A DNA stretch of 64,000 nucleotides from Christensenella sp. UBA6880 (GCA_002449145.1 DKCG01000041.1:37791-101790), one strand, 5' to 3'; positions 19,683-30,560 are shown, counted from the first letter of the stretch. A program made the numbers and translations. Notes: generated by a model from the letters alone, not told the origin.

Positions 19683-21602
19683 TCAGACTATGCGCTTAAA
19701 CAATTTTTCGATGTCCTTTGCGCTGAATGCGACGACTGCGGGACGGCCGTGAGGACATTTTGTCGGAAGATTGCCGTTTTCGTCAACGTAGTTTTTGATG
19801 ACGCGCTCGATTTGCGCTCTTGAGAGCGATTGACCGCCTTTTATTGCGGCTTTGCATGCTTGCTGGCACAGTTTGTCTTTCAAGAGATTTTGAAGCGTCA
19901 ATTCGCTTTCGCTTTGCATATTCGCAAACAAATCCGAGAAAAACTTTGAAAAATTGACTTGCGCAACGGGTTCGGGCACGGCGTTTATCGTGTACGCACT
20001 TCCGCTTTTGCCTATCTCGAAACCGAGATTTTGCAAATTCGGCAAGATTCTTTCAAAATACTCGCTTTCCTCGCCCGTCATTGTCAATTTGAACGGAATC
20101 AAAAGCGGTTGCGTGTGTTCTACGTTGAATTTATCAATGATTCTATCGTACAAAATTCTTTCGTGCGCGGCGTGTTGATCGATAAGATAAACGAGATCGC
20201 CGCGTTCGCAAATGATGTACGTATCGAAAATCTGTCCGACGATTTTTCCGTCGAATACCGCGTAATCGTCGTTTTCTTTTTCTGTTGTTAAAATGCCGTT
20301 ATCGTCACAAGCAACGGATTCTACGCCGTCTAAACGATTTAAACTATGCGTAAAATCATTTGCAAAAGATACGTGCGTATCATTAAGCACCGAATCTGAA
20401 TTTCTGCTCGGAATATCGAATCCGAAATAGTTTTTCGGCGTGGTTTTTCCGCTGAAGAGTTTTGACGTATCGATGGCCGACTGCGCATAATTCACTTGTG
20501 GTTTACGCACGGGTTCAACGTCGAAATTGTTTGAAAAATCGCTCTGTTTAGTGGCGTTTTGCGTGTTTTCAGTCGGATTTTGCTCGACATCGAAGCCAAA
20601 GGCAACGTTTTTCAAACTGTTGTTTATCGTGTTTTGCACTGTGTGATAAACCGCGCTGAAAACCGCGTGTTTATCTCTGAATCTGACTTCCGTTTTCGAA
20701 GGATGAACGTTGACGTCAACGTCGTCGAACGGCATCAAAATATCCAAAACGAACATAGGATACGTGCGCTTCATCAAATATTCCGAATACGCTTTTTCGA
20801 CGGCGGTTTGAACGGTTTGATCCTCGACCGCTCTGCCGTTTACGATGATCGTCTGATATGTTCTGTTTGTCTTCGTATAGTCAACTTTTGAAGTAAAGCC
20901 CGAAACTTTTATCGCGCCGCCGTACTCGTCGCAGATTTCAAGAAGATTGTCGGCGGTTTTTGCGCCGTAAACCGAGAAAATCGCGTCGGAAAGCGTGCCG
21001 CCCTCGTTGCGAAGCAACGTTCCTTCCTCGTTTGAAAGTTCGATTCTGACGGACGGATTTGCCAAAATCAACATTCTAACGACGTCTTTTACGTAGTTGA
21101 GTTCGCTTACGCCTTTTTTGAGGAATTTGAGGCGCGCAGGCGTATTGAAAAATAAGTTTTCGACGCTGATAACCGTTCCCTCTGCTCTCGAATCGTCGCC
21201 CTCGAACGTGACTTTTCCGCCCGAAAGCGTAATTTTTGAAGCAATATCTTGATTTTTGCTCTTTGACGAAAGCGTGACTTCGCTGACGGACGATATACTT
21301 GCAAGTGCTTCGCCTCGGAAACCGAGAGTCGAAAGGCTGTCGAGATCTACGATATTTTTGAGTTTGCTTGTGGCGTGCGGCAAGAATGCTTTGCGCATAT
21401 CATCTTTCTCGATGCCGATTCCGTTGTCGCTGACTTGAATTTTGCGGATTCCGCCGTCTTCGACGTAAACGGAAACTTCGCTCGCACCTGCGTCTATCGA
21501 GTTTTCAATGAGTTCTTTCACGACCGACGACGGTCTTTCGACAACCTCGCCTGCCGAGATCATATTGAATACGTTTGGTTCAAGTACGTTAATTTTGCTC
21601 AT
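19683..21602 (-). CDS. mutL: DNA mismatch repair protein MutL (endonuclease-type)
   Basis: 639 aa. GHKL ATPase N-terminus (AGEVVERPSSVVKELIENSIDAGA). The C-terminal DQHAAHERILYD motif is characteristic of nicking MutL. Confidence 0.96.
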   Translation of the reverse strand: MSKINVLEPNVFNMISAGEVVERPSSVVKELIENSIDAGASEVSVYVEDGGIRKIQVSDNGIGIEKDDMRKAFLPHATSKLKNIVDLDSLSTLGFRGEALASISSVSEVTLSSKSKNQDIASKITLSGGKVTFEGDDSRAEGTVISVENLFFNTPARLKFLKKGVSELNYVKDVVRMLILANPSVRIELSNEEGTLLRNEGGTLSDAIFSVYGAKTADNLLEICDEYGGAIKVSGFTSKVDYTKTNRTYQTIIVNGRAVEDQTVQTAVEKAYSEYLMKRTYPMFVLDILMPFDDVDVNVHPSKTEVRFRDKHAVFSAVYHTVQNTINNSLKNVAFGFDVEQNPTENTQNATKQSDFSNNFDVEPVRKPQVNYAQSAIDTSKLFSGKTTPKNYFGFDIPSRNSDSVLNDTHVSFANDFTHSLNRLDGVESVACDDNGILTTEKENDDYAVFDGKIVGQIFDTYIICERGDLVYLIDQHAAHERILYDRIIDKFNVEHTQPLLIPFKLTMTGEESEYFERILPNLQNLGFEIGKSGSAYTINAVPEPVAQVNFSKFFSDLFANMQSESELTLQNLLKDKLCQQACKAAIKGGQSLSRAQIERVIKNYVDENGNLPTKCPHGRPAVVAFSAKDIEKLFKRIV

Positions 21603-21646
21603 ATACTACCTAACAATTCTAATTTTTGCGGTTTTTTGTAAATGTT

Positions 21647-24268
21647 TTAGTCTTCGAGTTGTTTTTTGAGATCGCAAAGCACGGTCAATGCTTGAAGCGG
21701 CGTGAGATTGTCAACGTCGAGATCTCTGATTTGTTGCTCTATCTTGCTCGATTGCGTATCGAACAAACTCACTTGCTCAGTTACGTTCTTTTTTGCCGAA
21801 CTCAACAGCATTTCGTTGGTGTCTCTGTTTTTCGAGTCTTCTTCGAGCGAGTGCATTATGCTCTTTGCGTGGTCGATAACCGATTTCGTAACGCCTGCGA
21901 GCGAGGCAACCTCGATACCGAAACTTTGCGATGCGCCGCCGCTTACGATTTTGTGCAAGAACACGATTGTGTCGTTTGCCCTACTCACGAGCACGCGATA
22001 GTTCTTTACGCCCTCTAAATCTTCGAGTTCGGTCAACTCGTGGAAGTGCGTTGCAAACAACGTTTTAGCTTTGATGTTTTTGGTTATGTATTCGAGCACC
22101 GCCCACGCAATCGACAGTCCGTCGAACGTAGACGTTCCCCTACCTATTTCGTCGAGAACGAGAAGGCTCGACGACGTGGCATAGTTCAATATCGTTGCGA
22201 CCTCTATCATCTCGACCATAAACGTACTTTGACCGCCGCTCAAATCGTCGCTTGCGCCGATTCTCGTGAAAATTCTGTCCGTCAAGGCGATTTTTGCGGA
22301 TTTTGCCGGCACGAAGCAACCGATATGCGCCATAAGCGTGATGATTGCGACTTGTCGCATATACGTCGATTTGCCCGCCATATTCGGACCCGTGATAATC
22401 ATAGTTCTGTTGTCCGCGTCGTCGAGAAGCGTGTCGTTGGGAACGTACGAGCCTCTGTCGAGCAACGTTTCAACGACGGGATGTCTGCCCTCTACGATGT
22501 CGATACACTTGATTTTCTTGTTTATTTCGGGTTTGACGTACTTGTTTGCAACCGATACGTTTGCGAGCGACACGAGGCAGTCGAGCGTGCTGAGCGCTTG
22601 AGCGTTCGATTGAAGTTTCGCAAGATTCTCGAAACACATATTTTTGAGTTCGCAGAAAATCTTGTCTTCGAGCGCGGTTGCGTTGGATTCGGCGGAAAGT
22701 ATCTTTTCTTCGAGTTGTTTAAGTTCGTCGGTTATGTATCTTTCGCCGTTTACGAGGGTTTGCTTTCTTTGATAGCGGTACGGCACTTTGTCGACGAACG
22801 ACTTCGACACCTCGATATAGTAGCCGAAAATCTTGTTATATCCGACTTTGAGCGTGCGTATGCCCGTTTCTTCCCTCTCTTGCGCTTCGAGTTGTGCAAG
22901 CCATTCCTTTGCGGAAGTTTTGATGTCTCGCAGTTGGTCGAGAGTATCGTCGTAGCCTTTTTTGACGTAGCCGCCGTTCTTGTAACTGCTCACGCCGTCG
23001 CGATCCAACGCGCTTTGAAGCGTGGCGCAGACGTTTTCGAGCGAGTAAAGCGAGCGATTTATACCCTTTACGAGCGTGCTTGTCGCGCCCGAAAGTAGTT
23101 GCTTGATTTGAGGAATCGCCTCGAGAGTGTCGCTTATAGAAAGCAAATCTTTCGGCGAGGCGTTGCCGTAGGCAAGACGGCCGTTGAGTCTTTCGAGGTC
23201 GCGAACGGAATAAAAGGATTCGCCGAGTCTTTCGCGCAACGCCTTTGAACTCATCAAATCTTCGAGTGCGTCGAGACGTTTGTTGATGGCGTCGGCGTCT
23301 TGAAGGGGTTGTTCTATCCAGCGTTTGAGCGTTCTTGCGCCCATTGCGGTTGACGTTTTGTCGAGAACCCAAAGAAGCGAACCTTGTCTTTTTCCGTCGC
23401 GTGCGCGCTGAGTAAGTTCGAGATTGCGCCTCGTCGCGTTGTCGAGCATCATAAAGGATTTATCGCGCAAATACGAGATTTTCGTAAGTTGTCCGAGGCT
23501 TCTCTTTTGCGTTTGCGCAAGGTATTCCAAAAGTCCGCCTGCGGCGCATACCGCAGCGTTTTTGTCCGTCAACTCGAACACGTCGAGCGAGCCGATTTTG
23601 AAAGCGGACAATATTTTTCTCGTAGCCGTCGAAACGTTGTAGGCAAAGTCGTGATAGCAATGCGCGCGCTTTTCGTTGGATACGAAATATTTGACCTTTT
23701 GGTATTTGGACACGAAGTCCTCGTTGCAGATAATTTCGCTCGGCGCAATGCTTCCCAAAATGTTGGAAAGTCGCTCTAAATAGTCCTCTGCCGAGTACTC
23801 GTACACGTTAAATTCGCCCGTCGAAATATCCGTCCACGCAATGCCGAACGTCGAGGAATTGGTGAAAATCGAGCATAGATAGTTGGAAGTTTTCTCGTCG
23901 AGTATATCTTCTTCCATAACCGTGCCGCTCGACACCACTCGCACTACGTCGCGATCGACGAGTCCTTTGGACGTCGCGGGGTCGCTTAATTGTTCGCATA
24001 TCGCGACGCGATAGCCGTTTTCGATGAGCCTTCTAATATAGTTATCGACTGCGTGATACGGAACGCCGCACATAGGCGCGCGCTCGGCAAGTCCGCAATC
24101 TCTGCCCGTCAAAGTCAAATCGAGCACTCTCGACGCTGTCACCGCGTCGTCGAAAAACATCTCGTAAAAGTCGCCCAAGCGGAAGAAAAGCAGACAATCG
24201 GGATAATTGTCCTTGATTTGAAAATATCGTTTCATCATCGGTGAGAGTTTATCTCTGTCGATATTCAT
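21647..24268 (-). CDS. mutS: DNA mismatch repair protein MutS
   Basis: 873 aa. Mismatch-binding N-terminus (GDFYEMF), Walker A GPNMAGKST, DEIGRGTSTFDG. Confidence 0.97.
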   Translation of the reverse strand: MNIDRDKLSPMMKRYFQIKDNYPDCLLFFRLGDFYEMFFDDAVTASRVLDLTLTGRDCGLAERAPMCGVPYHAVDNYIRRLIENGYRVAICEQLSDPATSKGLVDRDVVRVVSSGTVMEEDILDEKTSNYLCSIFTNSSTFGIAWTDISTGEFNVYEYSAEDYLERLSNILGSIAPSEIICNEDFVSKYQKVKYFVSNEKRAHCYHDFAYNVSTATRKILSAFKIGSLDVFELTDKNAAVCAAGGLLEYLAQTQKRSLGQLTKISYLRDKSFMMLDNATRRNLELTQRARDGKRQGSLLWVLDKTSTAMGARTLKRWIEQPLQDADAINKRLDALEDLMSSKALRERLGESFYSVRDLERLNGRLAYGNASPKDLLSISDTLEAIPQIKQLLSGATSTLVKGINRSLYSLENVCATLQSALDRDGVSSYKNGGYVKKGYDDTLDQLRDIKTSAKEWLAQLEAQEREETGIRTLKVGYNKIFGYYIEVSKSFVDKVPYRYQRKQTLVNGERYITDELKQLEEKILSAESNATALEDKIFCELKNMCFENLAKLQSNAQALSTLDCLVSLANVSVANKYVKPEINKKIKCIDIVEGRHPVVETLLDRGSYVPNDTLLDDADNRTMIITGPNMAGKSTYMRQVAIITLMAHIGCFVPAKSAKIALTDRIFTRIGASDDLSGGQSTFMVEMIEVATILNYATSSSLLVLDEIGRGTSTFDGLSIAWAVLEYITKNIKAKTLFATHFHELTELEDLEGVKNYRVLVSRANDTIVFLHKIVSGGASQSFGIEVASLAGVTKSVIDHAKSIMHSLEEDSKNRDTNEMLLSSAKKNVTEQVSLFDTQSSKIEQQIRDLDVDNLTPLQALTVLCDLKKQLED

Positions 24269-25632
24269 TTTTCCTCCTTATGTCCGAAAAGGGACGCCGA
24301 TTTTGATTCGGTTATTCTCACGTCGAAAAATTTGCCTATATCGTCTTTGCTGCCCTGAAAAGTGACGAGCCTGCCGCCGTCTTCTCTGCCGCAAACCATA
24401 CCGTCGAGTTTTGGCGCGACGTCCTCGCAAAGCACTCTGTACACGCCGCCGATGTAGGTTTTTGAAATCTCTTTGGTTATAGAGTTTTGAAGTTTGATAA
24501 GGCGCGCGATTCGCTCTTGCTTAACCGCGTACGGTATCTGTTCCATTTTAGCGGCGGGCGTGCCTTTTCTCGGCGAATAAATGAATGTAAAAGCGTTTGA
24601 ATAGCGCACTTTTTTCACGATCTCGAGAGTGTCTTGGAAATCTTCTTCCGTTTCGGTCGGGAATCCGACCATAATGTCCGTGGTTATGCCGATGTCGGGC
24701 ATACGTTCGCGCAGTTTTTCGATGATTTGAAGATATTGCGCGCTGTCGTAGCGTCTGTTCATATTTGCAAGCACCTTGTCCGAGCCTGCCTGAATTGGAA
24801 GATGCAGATTGTGACAAACGTGTTTCGATGTCGCCATAGCGTCGATAATATCGTCGTTGAGGTCCTTTGGGTGCGACGTCATAAAACGAACGCGAAAATC
24901 GTCGTCGATTTTGTCTATTTCGCGCAATAAATTCGCAAAATTCACCTTTTCGTCTGCTACGTCGTTGCCGTACGAGTTGACGTTCTGACCGAGAAGCGTT
25001 ATCTCTTTATATCCGTTTTCGACGCACTTTTTCACCTCGTCGAGCACGTTTTGCATATCGCGCGAAACCTCTCTGCCTCTGACGTACGGCACTATGCAGT
25101 ACGTGCAGAAGTTGTTGCAGCCGTATATGATGTTCACCCACGCGTTGGGATAACTCGTGCGGGTTTGCGGCGTATTTTCGTCCACGTCCAGATAATCCGA
25201 CGGCTGATTTACGTCGAAACAGCGGTATTTTTTGTCGCTGCGCTTTTTGATTTTCGCTCTGCCCTCGACAACCTTTTCAATTTCGTCTTTAAGCGCGGAA
25301 ATGTTGCGAGTGCCCAAAACTATATCGACGTACGGGAATCTTTCTTTGATGTTCTCTTTCACGCCGTCTTGTTGCGGCATACAGCCGACGACCGCAAGAA
25401 TAAGATTCGGATTGCGTTTCTTTTCCGCTTTCGTCACGCCTATATTGCCGAGCGCGCGGCGTTCGGCAGTGTCGCGAATACAACAAGTGTTGAAAACGAT
25501 TATGTCTGGATTTTCGTCTTCGGGACAATCGATATATCCCATTTTTTCGAGAATACCGGCGATTTTTTCGCTTTCGTGAACGTTCATTTGACAGCCGTAC
25601 GTGTTGATTTTGTAGAATTTCGTCATTTGCAT
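24265..25632 (-). CDS. miaB: tRNA-2-methylthio-N6-dimethylallyladenosine synthase
   Basis: 455 aa. UPF0004 N-domain YGCQMN, radical-SAM GCNNFCTYCIVP, TRAM C-terminus. 4-nt overlap with the mutS start. Confidence 0.93.
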   Translation of the reverse strand: MQMTKFYKINTYGCQMNVHESEKIAGILEKMGYIDCPEDENPDIIVFNTCCIRDTAERRALGNIGVTKAEKKRNPNLILAVVGCMPQQDGVKENIKERFPYVDIVLGTRNISALKDEIEKVVEGRAKIKKRSDKKYRCFDVNQPSDYLDVDENTPQTRTSYPNAWVNIIYGCNNFCTYCIVPYVRGREVSRDMQNVLDEVKKCVENGYKEITLLGQNVNSYGNDVADEKVNFANLLREIDKIDDDFRVRFMTSHPKDLNDDIIDAMATSKHVCHNLHLPIQAGSDKVLANMNRRYDSAQYLQIIEKLRERMPDIGITTDIMVGFPTETEEDFQDTLEIVKKVRYSNAFTFIYSPRKGTPAAKMEQIPYAVKQERIARLIKLQNSITKEISKTYIGGVYRVLCEDVAPKLDGMVCGREDGGRLVTFQGSKDDIGKFFDVRITESKSASLFGHKEEK

Positions 25633-25782
25633 CCTTTATGCTTTTGCGTTTTGCAAGATATTGTCGTTCGTTTGCGTATCTGCAAGCGGATTTTGCCTTG
25701 CTCGTACGCGCGCAATATGCGCATTATATTTATCAAAAATTTATTATACATAATTTCGGCGGATAAAACAATAATAAATTCA

Positions 25783-28077
25783 ATGAAAAAATCCGAAAAA
25801 ACGAAAATAGTCGATCCCGAAGTCAAAAAACGCAAAAAGCGTAAGGTTGCTATTGCTTTATCAGTTGTCTTCCTGCTTCCCGTCGTCGCAGCATCGGTGG
25901 CGATAGGCGGATTCGCAATATGGGCAAACACGCAAAAACCGAATGTGGATTTGCTTCCGACGGCAAGCGCAACACCCGTGTTTTTCGATTCGAGTGGCAA
26001 CGAATTACCCTACACCGAAGAAAACTACATTGCAACCGAGGACATTCCCGACAATCTCAAAAAAGCTTTCGTCGCGCTCGAAGACAAGCGTTTTTATTCG
26101 CATAAAGGATACGACCTCGTGCGTATGGCGGGTGCGCTCGTAAACAATGTAAAATCTGGCGCGCTCAAAGAAGGCGCGTCCACAATCACTCAACAACTCG
26201 TCAAAAACACGCACTTGACCCACGAAAAAACCGTCAGACGCAAACTCAAAGAGATTGCAATCGCAACGAATATCGAAAAGGAATATTCCAAAGACGAGAT
26301 ACTTGCGATGTACCTTTCGGTGATATACTTCGGCAACGGCGCATACGGCGTGAAGCAAGCGGCAAGATTGTATTTCGACAAGAATATTCAAGACTTAACC
26401 CTTCCCGAATGCGCAACGCTTGCGGGTATAGTAAAGAATCCTAAAAAATACTCGCCGTTTGCGACGGAAAGCGATTGCATATCGAGGCGCAATCTCGTTT
26501 TGTCGGTAATGAAAAAAGAGGGCTATATTGACGAAAACACGTATAACAATGCGATAAACGCCCCTCTCGAATCAACGAAAAATCAACAAAAAAGCGGCAA
26601 TCTAAACAAACGGATTTACGATTTATATATAAAATCGGCGATTGCGGAAGTTTGCCAAAAACTCGATATAACGAAGTACGAATTGTCAAACAGCGGACTT
26701 AAAATTTACCTCAACGTCGATTCGGAAATTCAAACGCAAATTGCAAAAATCGGAAGCGACAAAAGTCTGTATTCAACCGACGAAATCGACGGCGCGATTA
26801 TAGTTTTGGACAACGAAACGCACACGGTTTCGGCGTACTGGTCGAATCTTCCCTACGACATCAAAAGACAGGCAGGGTCGTCCCTAAAACCTCTTGCCGT
26901 TTACGCCCCCGCCCTTGATAAAAACGCAATAACGCTTGCAACACCAATCGTTGACGAGAAAGTAGTTTTCGGCGATTATTCGCCGTCGAATTACGGCGGA
27001 ATATATTACGGCGACACGACGATACGCCAAGCAATAAAGAAGTCTATGAACAGCGTAAGCGTCAAAACTCTCGATTATATCGGCGTTGATTCGAGCATTG
27101 CGTATCTCGACAAACTCGGTATAACTACGACCGAAAACGATAAAAACTACGCCCTATCCCTCGGCGCAATCTCAAACGGCGTTGGAGTGAAACAAATTGC
27201 GGACGCATATACAACGTTTGCAAACGGCGGCATCTATCAAGGCGCAAGTTTCGTAAATTACGTCGTAAAAGACGACCGAAAAATACTGTCGTCTTCGAAT
27301 ACATCGCAAAACCGGGTTTTCAAAGAGTCCACTTGCGACCAGATTAATTCCGCATTGTCCGACACGGTTAAAGACGGTACGGCAATCACTCTTTCGGTGT
27401 TAAACTTCGAGGTTTGCGCAAAAACGGGTACTGCCGAGCGAAACGACGGAAAAAACGGCGACGCTTGGTGCGCAAGTTACAACGACCAATACACCGTCGT
27501 CGTATGGCACGGCTCTGACAAGGGTATGAGCGAAAAAGGCGGTGGATTTGCAACGAAACAATGCCTCGAATCGTGGAAAACACTCGATTCAAACGGCAAA
27601 CAAATTATGAGCAAGAAAATGAAAAAGAGCGATTCAACTTTTACGCTCGACGTCGACTTGTACGCCACAAAGCGCAACAAAAGCGTTACGATTGCGAGTG
27701 AAAATACACCGATAGAATATCGAAAAACCGAAATATTTTCAAACGAGCAAATCTACCCTATGTCGTCTTGTTTCGATTGCGTTTCGCAAGACAAAGCGGA
27801 CTTTGAGGCAAAATATATAGACGGCAAAGTCACGATAACTCTGCCTTGCGAGGAAATCTACACCTACAAAATCACAAAGTACGACGTTTTCGGCGAAACG
27901 ATAATATCGCAAATAGACGGCAAAACTTCAAACGGAAATATAACCGTTTGCGATACGCCTTATACGTTTTCGGACATAGTTCGCTACAAAGTCGAATGTT
28001 TCGTCACGTCGAATCCGTCGGCAACCGCGTATGTCGAAAAAGACGTTTACGTCGGCGGCGACTTCTCTTTCGACTGA
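25783..28077 (+). CDS. class A penicillin-binding protein (glycosyltransferase + transpeptidase, PBP1A-like) with an extra C-terminal domain
   Basis: ATG 25783 (MKKSEKTK...; TM VAIALSVVFLLPVV). GT51 motifs EDKRFYSHKGYD and GASTITQQ. Transpeptidase motifs SSLKP, SMNS, KTGT. The track ORF start at 25051 is an antisense run-on over miaB. Confidence 0.9.
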   Translation: MKKSEKTKIVDPEVKKRKKRKVAIALSVVFLLPVVAASVAIGGFAIWANTQKPNVDLLPTASATPVFFDSSGNELPYTEENYIATEDIPDNLKKAFVALEDKRFYSHKGYDLVRMAGALVNNVKSGALKEGASTITQQLVKNTHLTHEKTVRRKLKEIAIATNIEKEYSKDEILAMYLSVIYFGNGAYGVKQAARLYFDKNIQDLTLPECATLAGIVKNPKKYSPFATESDCISRRNLVLSVMKKEGYIDENTYNNAINAPLESTKNQQKSGNLNKRIYDLYIKSAIAEVCQKLDITKYELSNSGLKIYLNVDSEIQTQIAKIGSDKSLYSTDEIDGAIIVLDNETHTVSAYWSNLPYDIKRQAGSSLKPLAVYAPALDKNAITLATPIVDEKVVFGDYSPSNYGGIYYGDTTIRQAIKKSMNSVSVKTLDYIGVDSSIAYLDKLGITTTENDKNYALSLGAISNGVGVKQIADAYTTFANGGIYQGASFVNYVVKDDRKILSSSNTSQNRVFKESTCDQINSALSDTVKDGTAITLSVLNFEVCAKTGTAERNDGKNGDAWCASYNDQYTVVVWHGSDKGMSEKGGGFATKQCLESWKTLDSNGKQIMSKKMKKSDSTFTLDVDLYATKRNKSVTIASENTPIEYRKTEIFSNEQIYPMSSCFDCVSQDKADFEAKYIDGKVTITLPCEEIYTYKITKYDVFGETIISQIDGKTSNGNITVCDTPYTFSDIVRYKVECFVTSNPSATAYVEKDVYVGGDFSFD

Positions 28078-28103
28078 GCCGTTGTTTTCGATTAGCGCAT
28101 TAG

Positions 28104-28130
28104 AAAAAGGCGAGAAAAATCTCGCCTTTT
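28104..28130. terminator. bidirectional intrinsic terminator between PBP1A (+) and thiI (-)
   Basis: AAAAA-GGCGAGA-AAAA-TCTCGCC-TTTT: 7-bp GC-rich stem with A-run and T-run flanks, between convergent genes. Confidence 0.8.
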
Positions 28131-28182
28131 CGCTAAATATTATGCTATTTTCTAAATTCAAATCTAAACTTAAAAACGAAAA

Positions 28183-29361
28183 TCAAAGAATCTCGATTCC
28201 TTCGACTGCTTTTGTAACCAAACCGTCAATGTCCATTGCCTTTTCCGCTTCTCTCACCTTTTCGAGTTTGGGGTGAATAACGGGATTTTTCGGCAAGAAA
28301 ATCGTGCAGCAATCCTCAAACGGTTCGATTGACGTTTCGTAAGTGCCGATTTTGCGCGCGAGATTCATCGTTTCTTCTTTATCAAACGCAATGAGCGGTC
28401 TGAAAATGGGCAAACTTGCGCAATCTTCCGTTGAAGTCATGCTCTCGACGGTCTGCGAAGCGACTTGACCGAGGCTCTCGCCCGTTATCAACGCTTTACA
28501 TTCCGCTTGTTTTGCGACAATCGAAGCAATGCGCATCATAAATCTGCGCATAATGGTTATCATAAATTCTGCAGGGCAAACCCTATGAATTTCCATTTGA
28601 ATTTCGGTGAACGGAACGACGTAAAGTTTGACATCTGTTGCGTATTTTTCGACGATATTGCGAAGTTCGACCACCTTTTCTTTTGCTTTTTCGGACGTGT
28701 ACGGCGGCGAACAGAAATGGATTGCGCAAAGTTTCATACCGCGCTTTGCCATCATATAAGCAGCAACCGGCGAATCGATGCCGCCCGAAAGCAACATAAG
28801 TCCTTTGCTCGAACAGCCGACGGGAAGTCCGCCCGCGCCTTGAACTACGTCGCTATATACGAACGAATAGCCGTTTTCGCGCATATCCACCAAGAAATCG
28901 TAGTCAAATTCTTTCAAATCCACCTTAAACGAGGTGTTTGCAAGCACCACGCCGCCGAGTTTTGCCGCAATCTCGTAGGAAGCGAGCGGTATACGCTTGT
29001 CGGCGCGTTTGACCGTGACTCTGAATTTCGGCGCTTTGAGCAAAGTTTCTTCTTGCGTTTTGATTGCAAGTTGCTTTATGCACTCTCTTACGTCGCAAAA
29101 ATCCTCGTTTGCTTTGGTTTCAACCTTGTACGCAACCGAAAACGAGTAAATTCCAAACACTTTTTTCAATCTGTCCACAAACTCGAATTCGTCGTCAACG
29201 TCGAAGTTTTCAACGAAATATCTGCCTTGCGAGCGCGCAAAGTCGAATTTCAATCCCGAAAGTGCTTGCTTTATGTTCTTTATAAGCAAACTTTCAAAAT
29301 AATCGCGGTTTTTGCCTTTGAGGAATATTTCCCCGTATCTGATGATAATAACTTTTTCCAT
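28183..29361 (-). CDS. thiI: tRNA 4-thiouridine(8) synthase ThiI
   Basis: 392 aa. THUMP-type N-terminus, PP-loop LLSGGIDSPVAAYM. Paired with a cysteine desulfurase, as usual in Bacillota. Confidence 0.93.
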   Translation of the reverse strand: MEKVIIIRYGEIFLKGKNRDYFESLLIKNIKQALSGLKFDFARSQGRYFVENFDVDDEFEFVDRLKKVFGIYSFSVAYKVETKANEDFCDVRECIKQLAIKTQEETLLKAPKFRVTVKRADKRIPLASYEIAAKLGGVVLANTSFKVDLKEFDYDFLVDMRENGYSFVYSDVVQGAGGLPVGCSSKGLMLLSGGIDSPVAAYMMAKRGMKLCAIHFCSPPYTSEKAKEKVVELRNIVEKYATDVKLYVVPFTEIQMEIHRVCPAEFMITIMRRFMMRIASIVAKQAECKALITGESLGQVASQTVESMTSTEDCASLPIFRPLIAFDKEETMNLARKIGTYETSIEPFEDCCTIFLPKNPVIHPKLEKVREAEKAMDIDGLVTKAVEGIEIL

Positions 29362-29414
29362 AGTCGTTCCGTAATGTATTTTTCGATTTTACATAAGTCT
29401 TTTTAGACTCAAAA

Positions 29415-30560
29415 TCAAATTCTCTTGTAAGCGGTGAGTTTTTCGAGACTGTTTTTTATGGTCGAGACGATATAATCGACGTCGTTTACGTCGTTTTCAT
29501 ACGACGTGCTGAATCGTATGATTCCGTCTTTATGACTTTCGTCGAGTCCGAGCAAGCCTTTGAATCTCGATTCGTGATGCGACGAACACGCCGAGCCGAT
29601 TCCCACCAATATACCGTAATCCTCTATGTCGTGCAACAAAACTTCGCCTCTTACGTCCTTAAACGCAACCGTCAATATGTTCGGCGCAAAATTCTCTTTG
29701 GGCGACACAATCTCGATTCCGTCGATAGATTCGGCAAGTTTTGCCATCAACTGTTCTCTAAAAATCATTTTTTTAGAATAGTCAGCATCAAAATTATCAA
29801 GGCAAGTCTTCACTGCTTGTGCAAATCCGATTATCGCAGGCGCGTTTTCCGTTCCCGAACGAAAGCCTTTTTCTTGTCCACCGCCATAGATAAGCGGCTT
29901 TATGGAAACGCCTTTCTTGACGAACAACGCCCCGATTCCCTTCGGTCCGTGAATCTTGTGCGCGGAAATCGTGTACAAATCCACGTCGAGCGCGCGTAAA
30001 TTCACTTTGATTTTGCCGAACGCTTGCACGCCGTCCGAATGAAACACGGCTTTGGGGCTATGCTTTCTCGTAAGGCGCACGAGTTTTGCGATGTCGTTCA
30101 CTGCCCCCGTTTCGTTGCTCACGTGCATAATCGAAACGAGCGAAACGCTTTCGTCGAGCAGTTTTTCAAATTCTTCGACGTTTATCGAACCGTCTTTGTT
30201 TATGGGCGCAAATCTAACGTCGAAACCTTGCATAGCAAGTTGATTCGCACTGTTTATAATCGCGTCGTGTTCGCCTTCGCCGACAATAATCTTGCTTCCT
30301 TTGGGTTTTCTCGTGCAGAACAATGCGGTATTGTCCGCTTCGCTTCCGCCCGAAAGAAAATACAACTCGCCGTCGGGTGCTTTGAGCGCGGATTTTATGT
30401 TTTCTCTCGCGTTTTTGATTTTGACGGACAATGCGACGGACGGTTTGTAAAGCGCGGACGGATTGAAAAAATCTTCCACGCTTTCTTTGCGTATCGTTTC
30501 GGCAACTTCGGGATAAATCCTCGTTGTTGCGGCATTGTCAAGATATATCAGTTTGTTCAT
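29415..30560 (-). CDS. iscS: cysteine desulfurase (class V aminotransferase, NifS/IscS-like)
   Basis: 381 aa. YLDNAATT N-terminus, PLP-lysine SAHKIHGPKGIG, active-site loop GSACSS. Confidence 0.88.
   Translation of the reverse strand: MNKLIYLDNAATTRIYPEVAETIRKESVEDFFNPSALYKPSVALSVKIKNARENIKSALKAPDGELYFLSGGSEADNTALFCTRKPKGSKIIVGEGEHDAIINSANQLAMQGFDVRFAPINKDGSINVEEFEKLLDESVSLVSIMHVSNETGAVNDIAKLVRLTRKHSPKAVFHSDGVQAFGKIKVNLRALDVDLYTISAHKIHGPKGIGALFVKKGVSIKPLIYGGGQEKGFRSGTENAPAIIGFAQAVKTCLDNFDADYSKKMIFREQLMAKLAESIDGIEIVSPKENFAPNILTVAFKDVRGEVLLHDIEDYGILVGIGSACSSHHESRFKGLLGLDESHKDGIIRFSTSYENDVNDVDYIVSTIKNSLEKLTAYKRI

Noticed and set aside
25051-25782. Long N-terminal extension of the PBP1A ORF in the track (start at 25051)
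   Set aside because: The first 244 codons run antisense through miaB and give an Arg/Val/Phe-rich nonsense sequence. The genuine start is ATG 25783, followed by a basic stretch and a TM helix.
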